Position numbers and translations under genes: made by a program. The notes beneath the pieces were generated by a model. The model saw nothing but the letters and a program-made list of their open reading frames with translations, was not told the DNA's origin and ran no database searches. A stretch of 64,000 nucleotides of DNA, from the IMG/VR virus record IMGVR_UViG_3300048121_001678, positions 124,001 through 188,000 of that record; one strand, written 5' to 3'. Shown here piece by piece: positions 40,212 to 49,807 of this stretch; position 1 is the stretch's first letter; every line of letters begins with the position of its first letter.

Positions 40212-40236
40212 AGGCAGTATTTATTCTGCCTTTTTT
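40212..40236 (+). terminator. Terminator-like hairpin AGGCAG-TATTTATT-CTGCCT-TTTTT
   Basis: 6-bp stem plus U-tract just upstream of the small RHH-like ORF. Confidence 0.5.
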
Positions 40237-40248
40237 CTACCTTTATTT

Positions 40249-40398
40249 ATGAAAGAGATAAAAAATATTAAAATATCGACAGAAGTTCACACTACCTTAA
40301 AAACCTATTGTGAAGAAAATGGTCTAAAAATGTATAAGTTTTTGGAAAAGATGATTATGGATAAATGTTCCAAACCAAAAGACATCTACGGAGAGTAG
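40249..40398 (+). CDS. Small ribbon-helix-helix-like DNA-binding protein (49 aa)
   Basis: Not in the track. MKEIKNIKISTEVHTTLKTYCEENGLKMYKFLEKMIMDKC fits the beta-strand/helix/G-turn/helix pattern of CopG/Arc proteins. Confidence 0.7.
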   Translation: MKEIKNIKISTEVHTTLKTYCEENGLKMYKFLEKMIMDKCSKPKDIYGE

Positions 40399-40399
40399 A

Positions 40400-41446
40400 T
40401 TATAGTAACTTTGCAGTTGTAAACATCTTTGATTCACCCGATGTGTTTTTAGTAACTACGAACCTTACTAAATCATTAGTATTAATTTGTACTTTGTTTT
40501 CGTCCTTATTTAGTTCACCGACATAGTCATTATTAATATAAACATCACAAGTTTTTATGTTTTCTGTTCTGTCTAAATATAAATCTATAGTGTATCTGAA
40601 AATTTCACTCAATTCGTCATTACCATCTACAAATAATAAATCAACAGGAAACTCATTTGGGTTCTCAGGTTGTGGGTCAACTTTTCTTGATTTATTTAGT
40701 AATGGTACTTCGTACATTGTAAGTGCTCTTGATATACCAGGGCTAACCTCAAACTCATCTTCATCCATTAAGAACCCTAACATTGTAAACTCGTAGTTTT
40801 GAATGTAGTATTTTCTTTTATCAATATCTAAAACAGATTCATCAGAAATGTTATTTAATACAATTGGTATATAGTGTCCTTTAATGTTAGTATATGCCTG
40901 ACGAGACGCAAAATTTTGAAGAACGTTTTTGTTGAACTCATTCAACGACCTCATTCTGTTTACAAACAGTTTAACATTATAAGTAATATCAACAGGAATA
41001 GGTTGAGGAATTTTATAGACATCGACACCTTTTCTTTGTCCGTCCCAAGTTGGTACTTTAGCATAATAAAATTGTTTTCTATTTGGAATTGTATATTGTA
41101 ATGATGGGTTAGAACCATAAGGAACTTCAGGTTGTCTAACTGTAGACACAAAAGGGGGTTTTACATTCTTATCTAAATCTTGAAAGTTCCAAGTCTCAGT
41201 AAACTGTGCCCAATTCTGTGTTGTTATAATAATATCAACAGTAGGTATAACCTTACCATCCATAAATGTTTTTAAATCATTTTTAACAAAATCCAACATA
41301 CCACGGTCTAAATCCGCGTGACCAATACCTTTCGGCAAATAAGTACCATCCCTTTGAATATCCTCCAAAAGTTCTATCCTTCTATCTAAACCTGTTTTTT
41401 TAGGTATAAGATTAATCGTTTTCTTTATTTTTTTTGGTAATGCCAT
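40400..41446 (-). CDS. Tail terminator / sheath stabilizer (T4 gp15-like)
   Basis: DLDRGMLDFV, PQPIPVDITYNVKLF, YEFTMLGFL; lies between neck and sheath genes. Confidence 0.65.
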   Translation of the reverse strand: MALPKKIKKTINLIPKKTGLDRRIELLEDIQRDGTYLPKGIGHADLDRGMLDFVKNDLKTFMDGKVIPTVDIIITTQNWAQFTETWNFQDLDKNVKPPFVSTVRQPEVPYGSNPSLQYTIPNRKQFYYAKVPTWDGQRKGVDVYKIPQPIPVDITYNVKLFVNRMRSLNEFNKNVLQNFASRQAYTNIKGHYIPIVLNNISDESVLDIDKRKYYIQNYEFTMLGFLMDEDEFEVSPGISRALTMYEVPLLNKSRKVDPQPENPNEFPVDLLFVDGNDELSEIFRYTIDLYLDRTENIKTCDVYINNDYVGELNKDENKVQINTNDLVRFVVTKNTSGESKMFTTAKLL

Positions 41447-41961
41447 TATACTCCGTTGAATTCATCATTTGATACCGGCGACGCAGTGATACTGCGGTAA
41501 TATGGTTTATAACCACCATAAGTGTGCCTGTTATCCGAGGTGATACGTCCGTCATCAACAACGGAATAATACCTAACTCTATCTTCTTTTTCATAATAAC
41601 CAATATAGTCTCCGAACTCAACATCTACATCCATCTCATCTAAATAAGACTGATAAATACCAACCTTGAGATTACCAGGTTCTAATTGTTCAATTCTTGA
41701 AGACCCCATATACGCATTTGTCGGTGCTTCAACCTGAACATATCCTTTGAGTTCCACAGGTGCGTGATATTGTACCCCTTCGGAGACCACCTCACCATAA
41801 ACATCATCTTTTTTTGTTCGTTGTTTATCAACACGATACAATACAAACGTAAAGTTCATATCCCCGTGTAACCATTCTTGGCCGAGAGATATGTCTAAAT
41901 CAAAATCTTCTTCTGCGAAGAATTTATTTAATCGTGTTATTGGAACTTTTCTTTGACTCAT
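41446..41961 (-). CDS. Neck / head-closure protein (T4 gp14-like)
   Basis: LYRVD...DDVYGE, GDYIGY...YYSVV. Start moved to ATG 41961 (MSQRKVP), 5 nt after TATTTATC; the track extension overlaps the SNF2 gene. Confidence 0.7.
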   Translation of the reverse strand: MSQRKVPITRLNKFFAEEDFDLDISLGQEWLHGDMNFTFVLYRVDKQRTKKDDVYGEVVSEGVQYHAPVELKGYVQVEAPTNAYMGSSRIEQLEPGNLKVGIYQSYLDEMDVDVEFGDYIGYYEKEDRVRYYSVVDDGRITSDNRHTYGGYKPYYRSITASPVSNDEFNGV

Positions 41962-42010
41962 CAATTGATAAATATCTATAAAATGATTATATTTAAATGT
42001 ATTTAAGTTT

Positions 42011-43765
42011 ATGCAAGAAAATAAAGTGGTATCAAAGATACCCGAAATTAAGGCAACACGTATTTTAGAAGAATACGAAGGGTACAACAATTATATACTT
42101 TTGTTGAAAAAAAAGATGCAAATAAAAAAGCATTTTAAAATGACCCGAGCACAGGCTGACTATATTATTGATTTTCATAAACGAACACCAAAAGTTGCAA
42201 GAAAGTGGGTTGAGTTAGATGAATACTTTGCTAATAAAATGAAAGAAGAAAAATTACTTTCTAAAAAACCAACTCAAATTTATGTTGAAAAAATATTGGT
42301 AGAGAAGGACAAATCATTTCATATTTATGGGAAATTATTTGAAACAGAGGAACTCCACGATTTTTGGTTACCCAAGGCAGCAGTAATACAAAATAAGGAA
42401 AGAAAGGTTGAGGTTGACTACACTAAATATTCAAACAGACCGCCACTAGAACATCAGAAACTTGCCGTCGAAAAACTAGTTGGTAACGATAAATACATTT
42501 TAGCAGATGACATGGGTCTTGGTAAGACGACCGCAACTGTAATGGCGGCATTAGAGTCAGGAGCAAAAAAAATATTAATCATATGTCCCGCATCTTTAAA
42601 AATCAATTGGCAAAGGGAAATTGAAAACTACACGGATAAGTCAATATCGATAGTAGAGGGTAAAAAATGGGAACCCGCCGATTTTATGATAATAAACTTC
42701 GACATATTAAAAAACTTTCACAACCTAAAAAAAATAAAAGAATCTGTTATCCTTAATTATGGTTTTGATTTAGTGGTAATAGATGAGGCACATTACATAC
42801 AAAACAAACAAGCACAGAGAACAAAAATAGCAAATGATATTTGTAAAAAGGTTGGTAAAGTATGGTTACTAACGGGAACACCAATGACCTCAAGACCAAT
42901 TAATTATTACAACCTACTGGACTTGGTCGACTCACCAGTCGCATATAATTGGATGGCATATGCAATTCGATATTGTGAGGGTTACCAATTTAGTGTGGGG
43001 AATAGAAGAGTGTGGAATGTTAATGGTGCATCAAATCTATTAGAACTTAGAGACAGAACAAAAACACACGTACTAAGAAGATTAAAAGAAGATATTTTAG
43101 ACTTACCTGAAAAAATATTAACACCTGTTTACCTCAGACTTAAATCTAAACAATACGAGGCAATGATGGGTGAATATTTTGAGTGGTATGATAATTCAGA
43201 GGAATCGTCCTCATTAACAGTGCAATTCTCAAAGCTGATGAAAGTAAGACAAATCATCGCAGAAGAAAAAGTTAGAAACACAATAGAAATTGCACAAAAC
43301 ATTATAGAACAAGGAAAAAAAGTTATTATTTTTACAAACTTTACAGATACATTAAATCAAATAAAAACTCATTTTGGTAAAGAGGCCGTCACTTTAGATG
43401 GACGAATGAGTAAACCTAACCGACAGCACTCCGTTGACGAGTTTCAAACAAACGACAAGGTCAAAGTATTTGTTGGTAATCTTAAAGCTGCGGGTGTTGG
43501 TATAACACTAACAGCCGCGGAAGCGGTTATCATGAACGACTTATCTTTTGTACCTTCGGACCATTCACAGGCCGAAGATAGGGCATATAGATATGGTCAA
43601 AAATCCAATGTGTCTGTCTTTTACCCAATTTTTGAAAATACTATTGAAGGTGCAATATATGATATCTTATCAAAAAAGAAAAATGTATTTGAAACAGTTA
43701 TGGGTGATAATGAAGATAAAGGGAATATTGTAGAAGAAATATTAAACTCAATCACAAGAAGATAG
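42011..43765 (+). CDS. SNF2-family helicase/ATPase (SMARCAL1/HARP-like)
   Basis: LADDMGLGKT, ICPASLKINW, DEAH, LTGTP, LRRLK, GVGITLT, QAEDRAYRYGQ. Confidence 0.93.
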   Translation: MQENKVVSKIPEIKATRILEEYEGYNNYILLLKKKMQIKKHFKMTRAQADYIIDFHKRTPKVARKWVELDEYFANKMKEEKLLSKKPTQIYVEKILVEKDKSFHIYGKLFETEELHDFWLPKAAVIQNKERKVEVDYTKYSNRPPLEHQKLAVEKLVGNDKYILADDMGLGKTTATVMAALESGAKKILIICPASLKINWQREIENYTDKSISIVEGKKWEPADFMIINFDILKNFHNLKKIKESVILNYGFDLVVIDEAHYIQNKQAQRTKIANDICKKVGKVWLLTGTPMTSRPINYYNLLDLVDSPVAYNWMAYAIRYCEGYQFSVGNRRVWNVNGASNLLELRDRTKTHVLRRLKEDILDLPEKILTPVYLRLKSKQYEAMMGEYFEWYDNSEESSSLTVQFSKLMKVRQIIAEEKVRNTIEIAQNIIEQGKKVIIFTNFTDTLNQIKTHFGKEAVTLDGRMSKPNRQHSVDEFQTNDKVKVFVGNLKAAGVGITLTAAEAVIMNDLSFVPSDHSQAEDRAYRYGQKSNVSVFYPIFENTIEGAIYDILSKKKNVFETVMGDNEDKGNIVEEILNSITRR

Positions 43766-43809
43766 TAATTTTTCCCATATGGTGTTATTTATAAATAAAA
43801 CACAGACTT

Positions 43810-45348
43810 ATGGAGTTTAAAAAGAGCCAGGAAAAAATCCGTGAAATAGAAAACAAAATTACGGAATCAGAAAGAAAAGATATCGTTACCGAGAATAAAA
43901 AAGGTAGTAAAATGATAACGGCAATAAAGTTACCATATTCATATTCGTCGTTAAAACGATTCATAGATAAAGAAACAATGAATGTTCATTATAACCAACA
44001 CTATAAAGGTTATATTAGAAAACTTAACAAAGCGTTAGAAAATGTTAAAGATAAAGACCTTGATTTAGAGTCTTTAATAAAGGGTGTTTCAAGATATAGT
44101 AATACCATCAAAAATAATGCTGGTGGGGCATATAATCATGAGTTATTTTGGCAGATGTTATCACCAAAACAACAACAACCAAATGGTCCAGTATTAGATA
44201 AAATTAAGAAGAAGTTTAAAACATTTTCAAATTTTAAGAAAACATTTAAAAACAAAGCTTTAGGTCAATTTGGTTCAGGATGGGTATGGTTAGTACTCAC
44301 AAAAAGTGGTGACGTTAAAATTGTAACTACATCTAATCAAGATAATCCGTTAATGAACACTATTAAATTTGGTGGAATACCATTATTAGGTTTAGATTTA
44401 TGGGAACACGCATATTACTTAAAATACAAAAATAAAAGAAACGAATATATTGATAATTTCTTTACAGTTATTAATTGGTCTTTTGTTAATAGACAATTTG
44501 ATTCACATCAAAAGGGTAAACTTAACGAATCAAAAGTTGTAAAGAGCTTAATTAGTGAGGGTTTATCTAAAGGATGTTCACCACAACAGGTAAACACATA
44601 TAGAATGGTCTTTAACAGAAATCCGCAAGTTAAGAAAAAGTTTATGTACGCAATTATGGATATACTTAAAGAAGTTTATTCTGAATTTCATTACGAAAAA
44701 AATCAATACGCAGATGGACAAATGTCAGGAATATACGATTTTGAACAACCTGGTCGTTCAGTAATTAATAAATTAAACACTAACTACTCCGCATTTTGTA
44801 TTTTAGTTAATGACCTTAATGCAGTATTAAAACACTACGGGCAGAATCCATTAAATTTTGTAGGTGTTAATGATAAACAACAGTTGAGGGAGGTACAAAG
44901 AATGATAAAACTTATGGTTGAATTCAGATATCGTATTTTTAATCAAGAATCAGGAACATTCCAAAGCATTATGGCGTCATTAGACAAAACAAATAAATTT
45001 GGTGATGAAAGGGAAATAAAGGCAGTTGTTAATATGAAAGATATCTTTAACACTAAAAAAGTATTCAAAGTAGGTGAACTAGGTGGGAAAGATGATATGA
45101 TTGGAGGTATTGATGCGACAGTAGAAATAAATGGCGAAACTAAAACAATACAAATAAAACCATTTAATAATACTGAAGAAAGTGAAGGTAGAGTCACTGT
45201 ATTTGGTACAGGTAATGTTAAACCCTATAAAACCGACTATATGTGTTTTCATGATAACTCTAAAGGTACGTTAGTTTTTGAAAATAATGATACAAAAATT
45301 GTTAACGGTAGATACACTTTCCCTATCGATAGTTTAATAAAACAATAA
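43810..45348 (+). CDS. Fe/Mn superoxide dismutase (Mn-type signature) fused to a C-terminal PD-(D/E)xK nuclease-like domain
   Basis: LPYSYSSL, HYNQH, NNAGGAYNHELFW, FGSGWVWL, NQDNP, DLWEHAYY (all four metal ligands); C-terminal GDERE...GIDA...IQIKP. Confidence 0.85.
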   Translation: MEFKKSQEKIREIENKITESERKDIVTENKKGSKMITAIKLPYSYSSLKRFIDKETMNVHYNQHYKGYIRKLNKALENVKDKDLDLESLIKGVSRYSNTIKNNAGGAYNHELFWQMLSPKQQQPNGPVLDKIKKKFKTFSNFKKTFKNKALGQFGSGWVWLVLTKSGDVKIVTTSNQDNPLMNTIKFGGIPLLGLDLWEHAYYLKYKNKRNEYIDNFFTVINWSFVNRQFDSHQKGKLNESKVVKSLISEGLSKGCSPQQVNTYRMVFNRNPQVKKKFMYAIMDILKEVYSEFHYEKNQYADGQMSGIYDFEQPGRSVINKLNTNYSAFCILVNDLNAVLKHYGQNPLNFVGVNDKQQLREVQRMIKLMVEFRYRIFNQESGTFQSIMASLDKTNKFGDEREIKAVVNMKDIFNTKKVFKVGELGGKDDMIGGIDATVEINGETKTIQIKPFNNTEESEGRVTVFGTGNVKPYKTDYMCFHDNSKGTLVFENNDTKIVNGRYTFPIDSLIKQ

Positions 45349-45387
45349 TAAACGGGTAAAGCCAGATATTTATAATAAAAGTTAACG

Positions 45388-46500
45388 ATGTCAATAATTT
45401 TAGAACCACAAAGAACCAAGCTATACACTAGAATTCGTCATCTTTTAGGTGCACCTTTAAGGGGTATTGAAATAGAAGATGAAATGATGGATTCATTATT
45501 GGAATTATCTATTGAAGATTACTCACAATATGTAAATGATTGGTTAATTGAATCACAATGGACATCACTATATGGTTTGAATCAGGATACTCAGTCCGTT
45601 GCCAAAGCATTAATAACACGTTCTTTAGATTGGGAAACACAGTACACTTACGCATATTCTAAAATTGTTGGTTTACAAGCGGGTGGTGATTCTGAATTAA
45701 AAAAGGACTATTTTGACCTTAAGGCTAACCAACAAATTTATGAAATACCTGCAGGTAGGGAAATAAATGAACTTTTATGGTTTACACGTGCCGAACTTGA
45801 TGCCGCTTTCTTTGACCCATTTATGGGTGGATTTGGTGGATTTGGTGGTATTGGTTTAGGTGGTGGTGCCGGTTTCTCACAAATGGGTGGTCAGGGCAAT
45901 TACTTTGTTTCACCAGGTTTTGACATCTTACTTAGAATGCAAGATATTAACATAAAAAGAAGACTTATAGGTGGAGAGCTAACTTATAGAATAACTGCAT
46001 TACCTGAGGGTAAAAAGGCTATACATCTTTATAATGTTCCTGGTGGTAAGTTTGATTTTGGTAACATGGCTAACAACAACTATAGAGTGTGGTATTGGTA
46101 TTATGAAACAGACGATAGAGAAAGTTGTTTAGCTAAAAATCCTGATATTGTTAGATTACCATCAGACGTTAATATGGAAAATTTAAATTGGGCGGAATTA
46201 AATTCACCCGCACAAACATGGGTTCGTAGATGGTTTACCGCATATGTTAAAGAGACACTGGGTCGAGTAAGAGGTAAATTTAGTGGTAACTTAAAAACAC
46301 CTGATTCAGAATTACAATTAGAATACGATTCTTTATTGAGTGAATCTAAAGATGAGAAGTCTAAACTAGAAGAAGAATTAAAAATGAGACTAGAAAGACT
46401 TCGTCCTGATAAAATGATGGAAGTTAAGGCCAATCAAGCAGAAAGTTTAAACAAATCACTACAATATAGAGCACTTCCTCGTCAAATCTATATAATATAA
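45388..46500 (+). CDS. Neck / head-tail adaptor protein (T4 gp13-like)
   Basis: LGAPLRGIEIEDEM, WVRRWFTAYVKETLGRVRGKFSG...P, LLSESKDEKSKLEEEL. Confidence 0.85.
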   Translation: MSIILEPQRTKLYTRIRHLLGAPLRGIEIEDEMMDSLLELSIEDYSQYVNDWLIESQWTSLYGLNQDTQSVAKALITRSLDWETQYTYAYSKIVGLQAGGDSELKKDYFDLKANQQIYEIPAGREINELLWFTRAELDAAFFDPFMGGFGGFGGIGLGGGAGFSQMGGQGNYFVSPGFDILLRMQDINIKRRLIGGELTYRITALPEGKKAIHLYNVPGGKFDFGNMANNNYRVWYWYYETDDRESCLAKNPDIVRLPSDVNMENLNWAELNSPAQTWVRRWFTAYVKETLGRVRGKFSGNLKTPDSELQLEYDSLLSESKDEKSKLEEELKMRLERLRPDKMMEVKANQAESLNKSLQYRALPRQIYII

Positions 46501-46832
46501 TGGGAATATTTAAATCATACCCCGTTACTAAAATAATAAATGGGGTTGAAATAAAAACTTCAGATGCAATAATATGTACTAACTCTAGTCATACCACAAA
46601 TGGGGAGTCTGCAATAATTGTTAAAAACACCGATAGTTGTGTGGTTACATTAAATGAAAATACAACAGACCACATAACAATTAAATCTATGACTAATGTT
46701 ACTATCAAAAGTGACTTACTCATTGATGATGAATATAATCAGATTGAAACTGAAAGAGGTGCGTCTGTTGAATTACGTTTCATCGGTAAAGGATGGTATA
46801 TAATGTCTTCTGATGGATTAAAAAACTCTTAA
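46500..46832 (+). CDS. Small beta-rich hypothetical protein
   Basis: Coupled to the gp13-like gene; ends GASVELRFIGKGWYIMS, similar to tail-fibre accessory modules. Confidence 0.6.
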   Translation: MGIFKSYPVTKIINGVEIKTSDAIICTNSSHTTNGESAIIVKNTDSCVVTLNENTTDHITIKSMTNVTIKSDLLIDDEYNQIETERGASVELRFIGKGWYIMSSDGLKNS

Positions 46833-49672
46833 CCAAATAGTGATTGTTGATTAGTTTCAATCTTCTTTTTAACTACTTTTCTCTTTTCTGCGATATAAGG
46901 TTTTTCTTCATTTCTAACATTCTCAACTTCAAGACCTAACATTATATCACTATTTTTCTTAATGTAATCACCATCAACAAGTTCCATTGTACCATCAACA
47001 TACATATAGTATGGGTCAATACCAACCTTCTGCCAAAATGTAATCTCAGTATCTGATAATGTTAAAACTTCTTCAAGAGTATCTTGGTCACCTTCTCTAC
47101 GAGGGAAACCACGAACTAATTTTGATTGTGTTTTAGTAAAGACAGGTCTATCTTTTGGGTCATCAATTAAAATATCGGGTCTAATGTCTGGTGAGAATAC
47201 AACTAAAAGTGGTTCGATTCTTTTATTAAATGCTGCTAAGTAACGTGCGACATTATATTCACCTAACATATCAGGACTTTCTGTGATATATTTTTCGTCA
47301 ATATGATAACAATTTAATACCACCTCATCTTTTTTCTTTTGTACGTCACCATGTGATTTTCTCTCACCATTATTTACGTAATATATGGTGTCACCTAAAC
47401 CGATGGGTAAATTGTGTTTCATTGCCAACTCCATATGTGCTTGACGAGACATTAATGAACCAGATTTAGTTCTTTTTGTAATGTGTTTTTTGTATTCTTC
47501 AATACTTTGTTTTACACGGGCTTTATTGGCTATTTTAGAAATAGGTATTTCTCTGTTGTATATGACCTCAACATATTCATAATAGTAATCTAAAAATTCA
47601 TGACCCTTACCGTCCAATAACATACGAAGACTTTTATCTAAAAATTCCGCCACATATGTTGGTAATTTTTTTGACTTAATTGTGTTACCTGTAAGTTTAA
47701 CTTTCCCCTTATCTGTTAATAGTGCGTAGTTCTTACGTGCCACATTTATAGTTGCTGGCCATTGACCATCAGTATCTAACCCCATTTCATTTCTCATAAA
47801 AAGGTCGTTATACTCGGCAACATCCGCTTCTGAACCATAATAGGTTTTACCTTTTTCAACTAAACCATTAAGACCAATACCAACATAACTATGATTTTCC
47901 TTACCTTCAGGAACTGAAAAGTTAACACCATCCGTATCCATGACTAATGGTTTATAATCCCTTTCCATGAACCACATAATCATCTGTCTTAAGTATTGTC
48001 GACCAGTACAGGTTATCTGCTCACCCATATCCATATCACCCCACGGAAATACATGAGGTGCAGATAGTGAACCAAAGAACGCATTAATAAAAATCTTAAT
48101 AGGTAATTGTTTACGGTTGTATTGTGAAGAAAGTTTAGGGTCTGTCTTTGAATAGTCAGCAGCTAATTTCTTATATTTAATACGAGTATCACGGAAATAC
48201 TTTAACATACTCTTCATTGCCCCTGTAACATCACATTTAGGGAACACATCATGAACTAATTGAATAGATGGGTATAGAGAGGAGTAATCGAGTTTTAATA
48301 CGTTTGTAGAGTAACCCACAGCTAATAGTCTCGATAGACCTCCCGTGAATGGTCTTTTCTCACCTTTCTTAGGTATTGCTAATCCGTGCTTGTATGACCA
48401 AGACGCCATAATCATTTTCCATAAAGTTGCAGTACCCATTGTTGATAGTCTCTCATATGTTGTTGGTACTAACTTTGCAAGAAGAAAGTTTGCTTGGTTA
48501 AACTCCTCATCAACCACCATGGTCTCCCAAATATCATCATAAAGATATCTTTCTACAATATACTTACCCGTTACCTTTTCATAATGACCAGGAAACTTAC
48601 CCATCAAGTTTTCAGTACCTTTTGAACCAACTTCTTTAAACCCACCTGTTTTTGGGTTAAAGTAGTAATCTTTATTGTCGAAATAAGTTTTACCAATCTT
48701 ATCACCCTGAACGTACACACGATTTTCTTTCCCAGCACCGATAAACTGAGTGATATATTTAAGTCCCCAACTCTTAATGTCAGAGTTAATTGCCTGTGCC
48801 CTACGTACCGCATGTGCAATATCAACAACATTATAACCCCACATTTGCATCTGAGTAAAATCTTCCATCTCATTTGCAAGTTTGAGTATACTATCTTTTT
48901 GTCTAAACTTAACTTCGGGATTTAAGGTCCTAATTATCTTTTTAGGGTCTAATCCTAATATTTCTGCTCTACGAATTAAAAACGGAAAATCGAAGAATGC
49001 CGAGTTATACCCACCAATTAGTGTTGGTTTTAATTGATTAACAATCTTAAAAAACTCAATAATAAGTTGTCTTTCTTCTTCATCGTTGTTGGCTGAGATA
49101 ACTTTTTCATATCCTTTATTGTCTTTCATACCAATAAGAAATATACTACTATCTTCAGGTGAAAGACCTGTGGTCTCAATATCGAATACAAATCTATGTA
49201 CCTCATCATATTCATCAAAACCTTTGAATAACCTCTTTCCCTTTTGACAGAGATATTGTTCAACAGGTGACATTATCATTATGTGTTCTGAATTACCCCT
49301 TTCCCATGGGTCTAAACCACCACCTTTAAAGAAGTTAACTAAGTTGGAGTAAGACTTCGTAGTCTTAACCATATATTTTAAACCTTTTTCCATTCTATCG
49401 TCACCATGAGTATCTAACTTTTCAATTAATATACCATGTGTTGACATTGCTTGTTTTTGTGCAGCTTTAGACCCACCATAAAACTTTTTACCGTGAAGGT
49501 CACCAACCCAAGCAAATGGAATAAATGTGTCTGATTTTATTTGTTTACCCTGAATCGGGTCTTGAATTACTTTAAATACTTTTCCTGAGCGATAGTCGTA
49601 TTCTAACGCAACAATGTACTTTTCAGGGTCTTCCCCTAATAGGAACTGTTCGATTACTTCTTGTGATACCAT
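46829..49672 (-). CDS. Family B DNA polymerase with 3'-5' exonuclease
   Basis: FDIETTG, GYNSAFFDFPFL, YLYDD, LDYSSLYPS, KIFINAFFG, MDTDG, KNYA. Confidence 0.95.
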   Translation of the reverse strand: MVSQEVIEQFLLGEDPEKYIVALEYDYRSGKVFKVIQDPIQGKQIKSDTFIPFAWVGDLHGKKFYGGSKAAQKQAMSTHGILIEKLDTHGDDRMEKGLKYMVKTTKSYSNLVNFFKGGGLDPWERGNSEHIMIMSPVEQYLCQKGKRLFKGFDEYDEVHRFVFDIETTGLSPEDSSIFLIGMKDNKGYEKVISANNDEEERQLIIEFFKIVNQLKPTLIGGYNSAFFDFPFLIRRAEILGLDPKKIIRTLNPEVKFRQKDSILKLANEMEDFTQMQMWGYNVVDIAHAVRRAQAINSDIKSWGLKYITQFIGAGKENRVYVQGDKIGKTYFDNKDYYFNPKTGGFKEVGSKGTENLMGKFPGHYEKVTGKYIVERYLYDDIWETMVVDEEFNQANFLLAKLVPTTYERLSTMGTATLWKMIMASWSYKHGLAIPKKGEKRPFTGGLSRLLAVGYSTNVLKLDYSSLYPSIQLVHDVFPKCDVTGAMKSMLKYFRDTRIKYKKLAADYSKTDPKLSSQYNRKQLPIKIFINAFFGSLSAPHVFPWGDMDMGEQITCTGRQYLRQMIMWFMERDYKPLVMDTDGVNFSVPEGKENHSYVGIGLNGLVEKGKTYYGSEADVAEYNDLFMRNEMGLDTDGQWPATINVARKNYALLTDKGKVKLTGNTIKSKKLPTYVAEFLDKSLRMLLDGKGHEFLDYYYEYVEVIYNREIPISKIANKARVKQSIEEYKKHITKRTKSGSLMSRQAHMELAMKHNLPIGLGDTIYYVNNGERKSHGDVQKKKDEVVLNCYHIDEKYITESPDMLGEYNVARYLAAFNKRIEPLLVVFSPDIRPDILIDDPKDRPVFTKTQSKLVRGFPRREGDQDTLEEVLTLSDTEITFWQKVGIDPYYMYVDGTMELVDGDYIKKNSDIMLGLEVENVRNEEKPYIAEKRKVVKKKIETNQQSLFG

Positions 49673-49742
49673 AATATTTGTTTTTCGTTTGAGACATTTT
49701 ACTCACACCACAATGGCATGATTTCCCTTAACATTCAAACAA

Positions 49743-49771
49743 ATAATAGTGTATTAATAAATCTAAGTCAA
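49743..49771 (-). promoter_or_regulatory. Sigma70-like promoter TTGACT-N17-TATTAT for the DNA polymerase
   Basis: Same -35 hexamer as the ssb promoters; 70 nt upstream of the ATG. Confidence 0.65.
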
Positions 49772-49807
49772 ACTATTTGTTTTGATTCTTTTCTTGTATC
49801 CCCATAA

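Noticed and set aside
41962-42090. Track N-terminal extension of the gp14-like ORF (likewise 20917-21021)
   Set aside because: Overlaps a neighbouring gene; an internal ATG directly follows the recurring upstream motif.
8305-48879. Short ORFs nested antisense or off-frame to long genes (e.g. 13865..14458, 25278..25652, 35419..35715)
   Set aside because: Fully overlap well-supported genes and show no recognisable motifs.
12066-49672. Inteins or introns in nrdA, nrdB, helicase, recombinase or polymerase
   Set aside because: Motifs are contiguous and lengths normal; no intein termini or homing endonuclease motifs seen.
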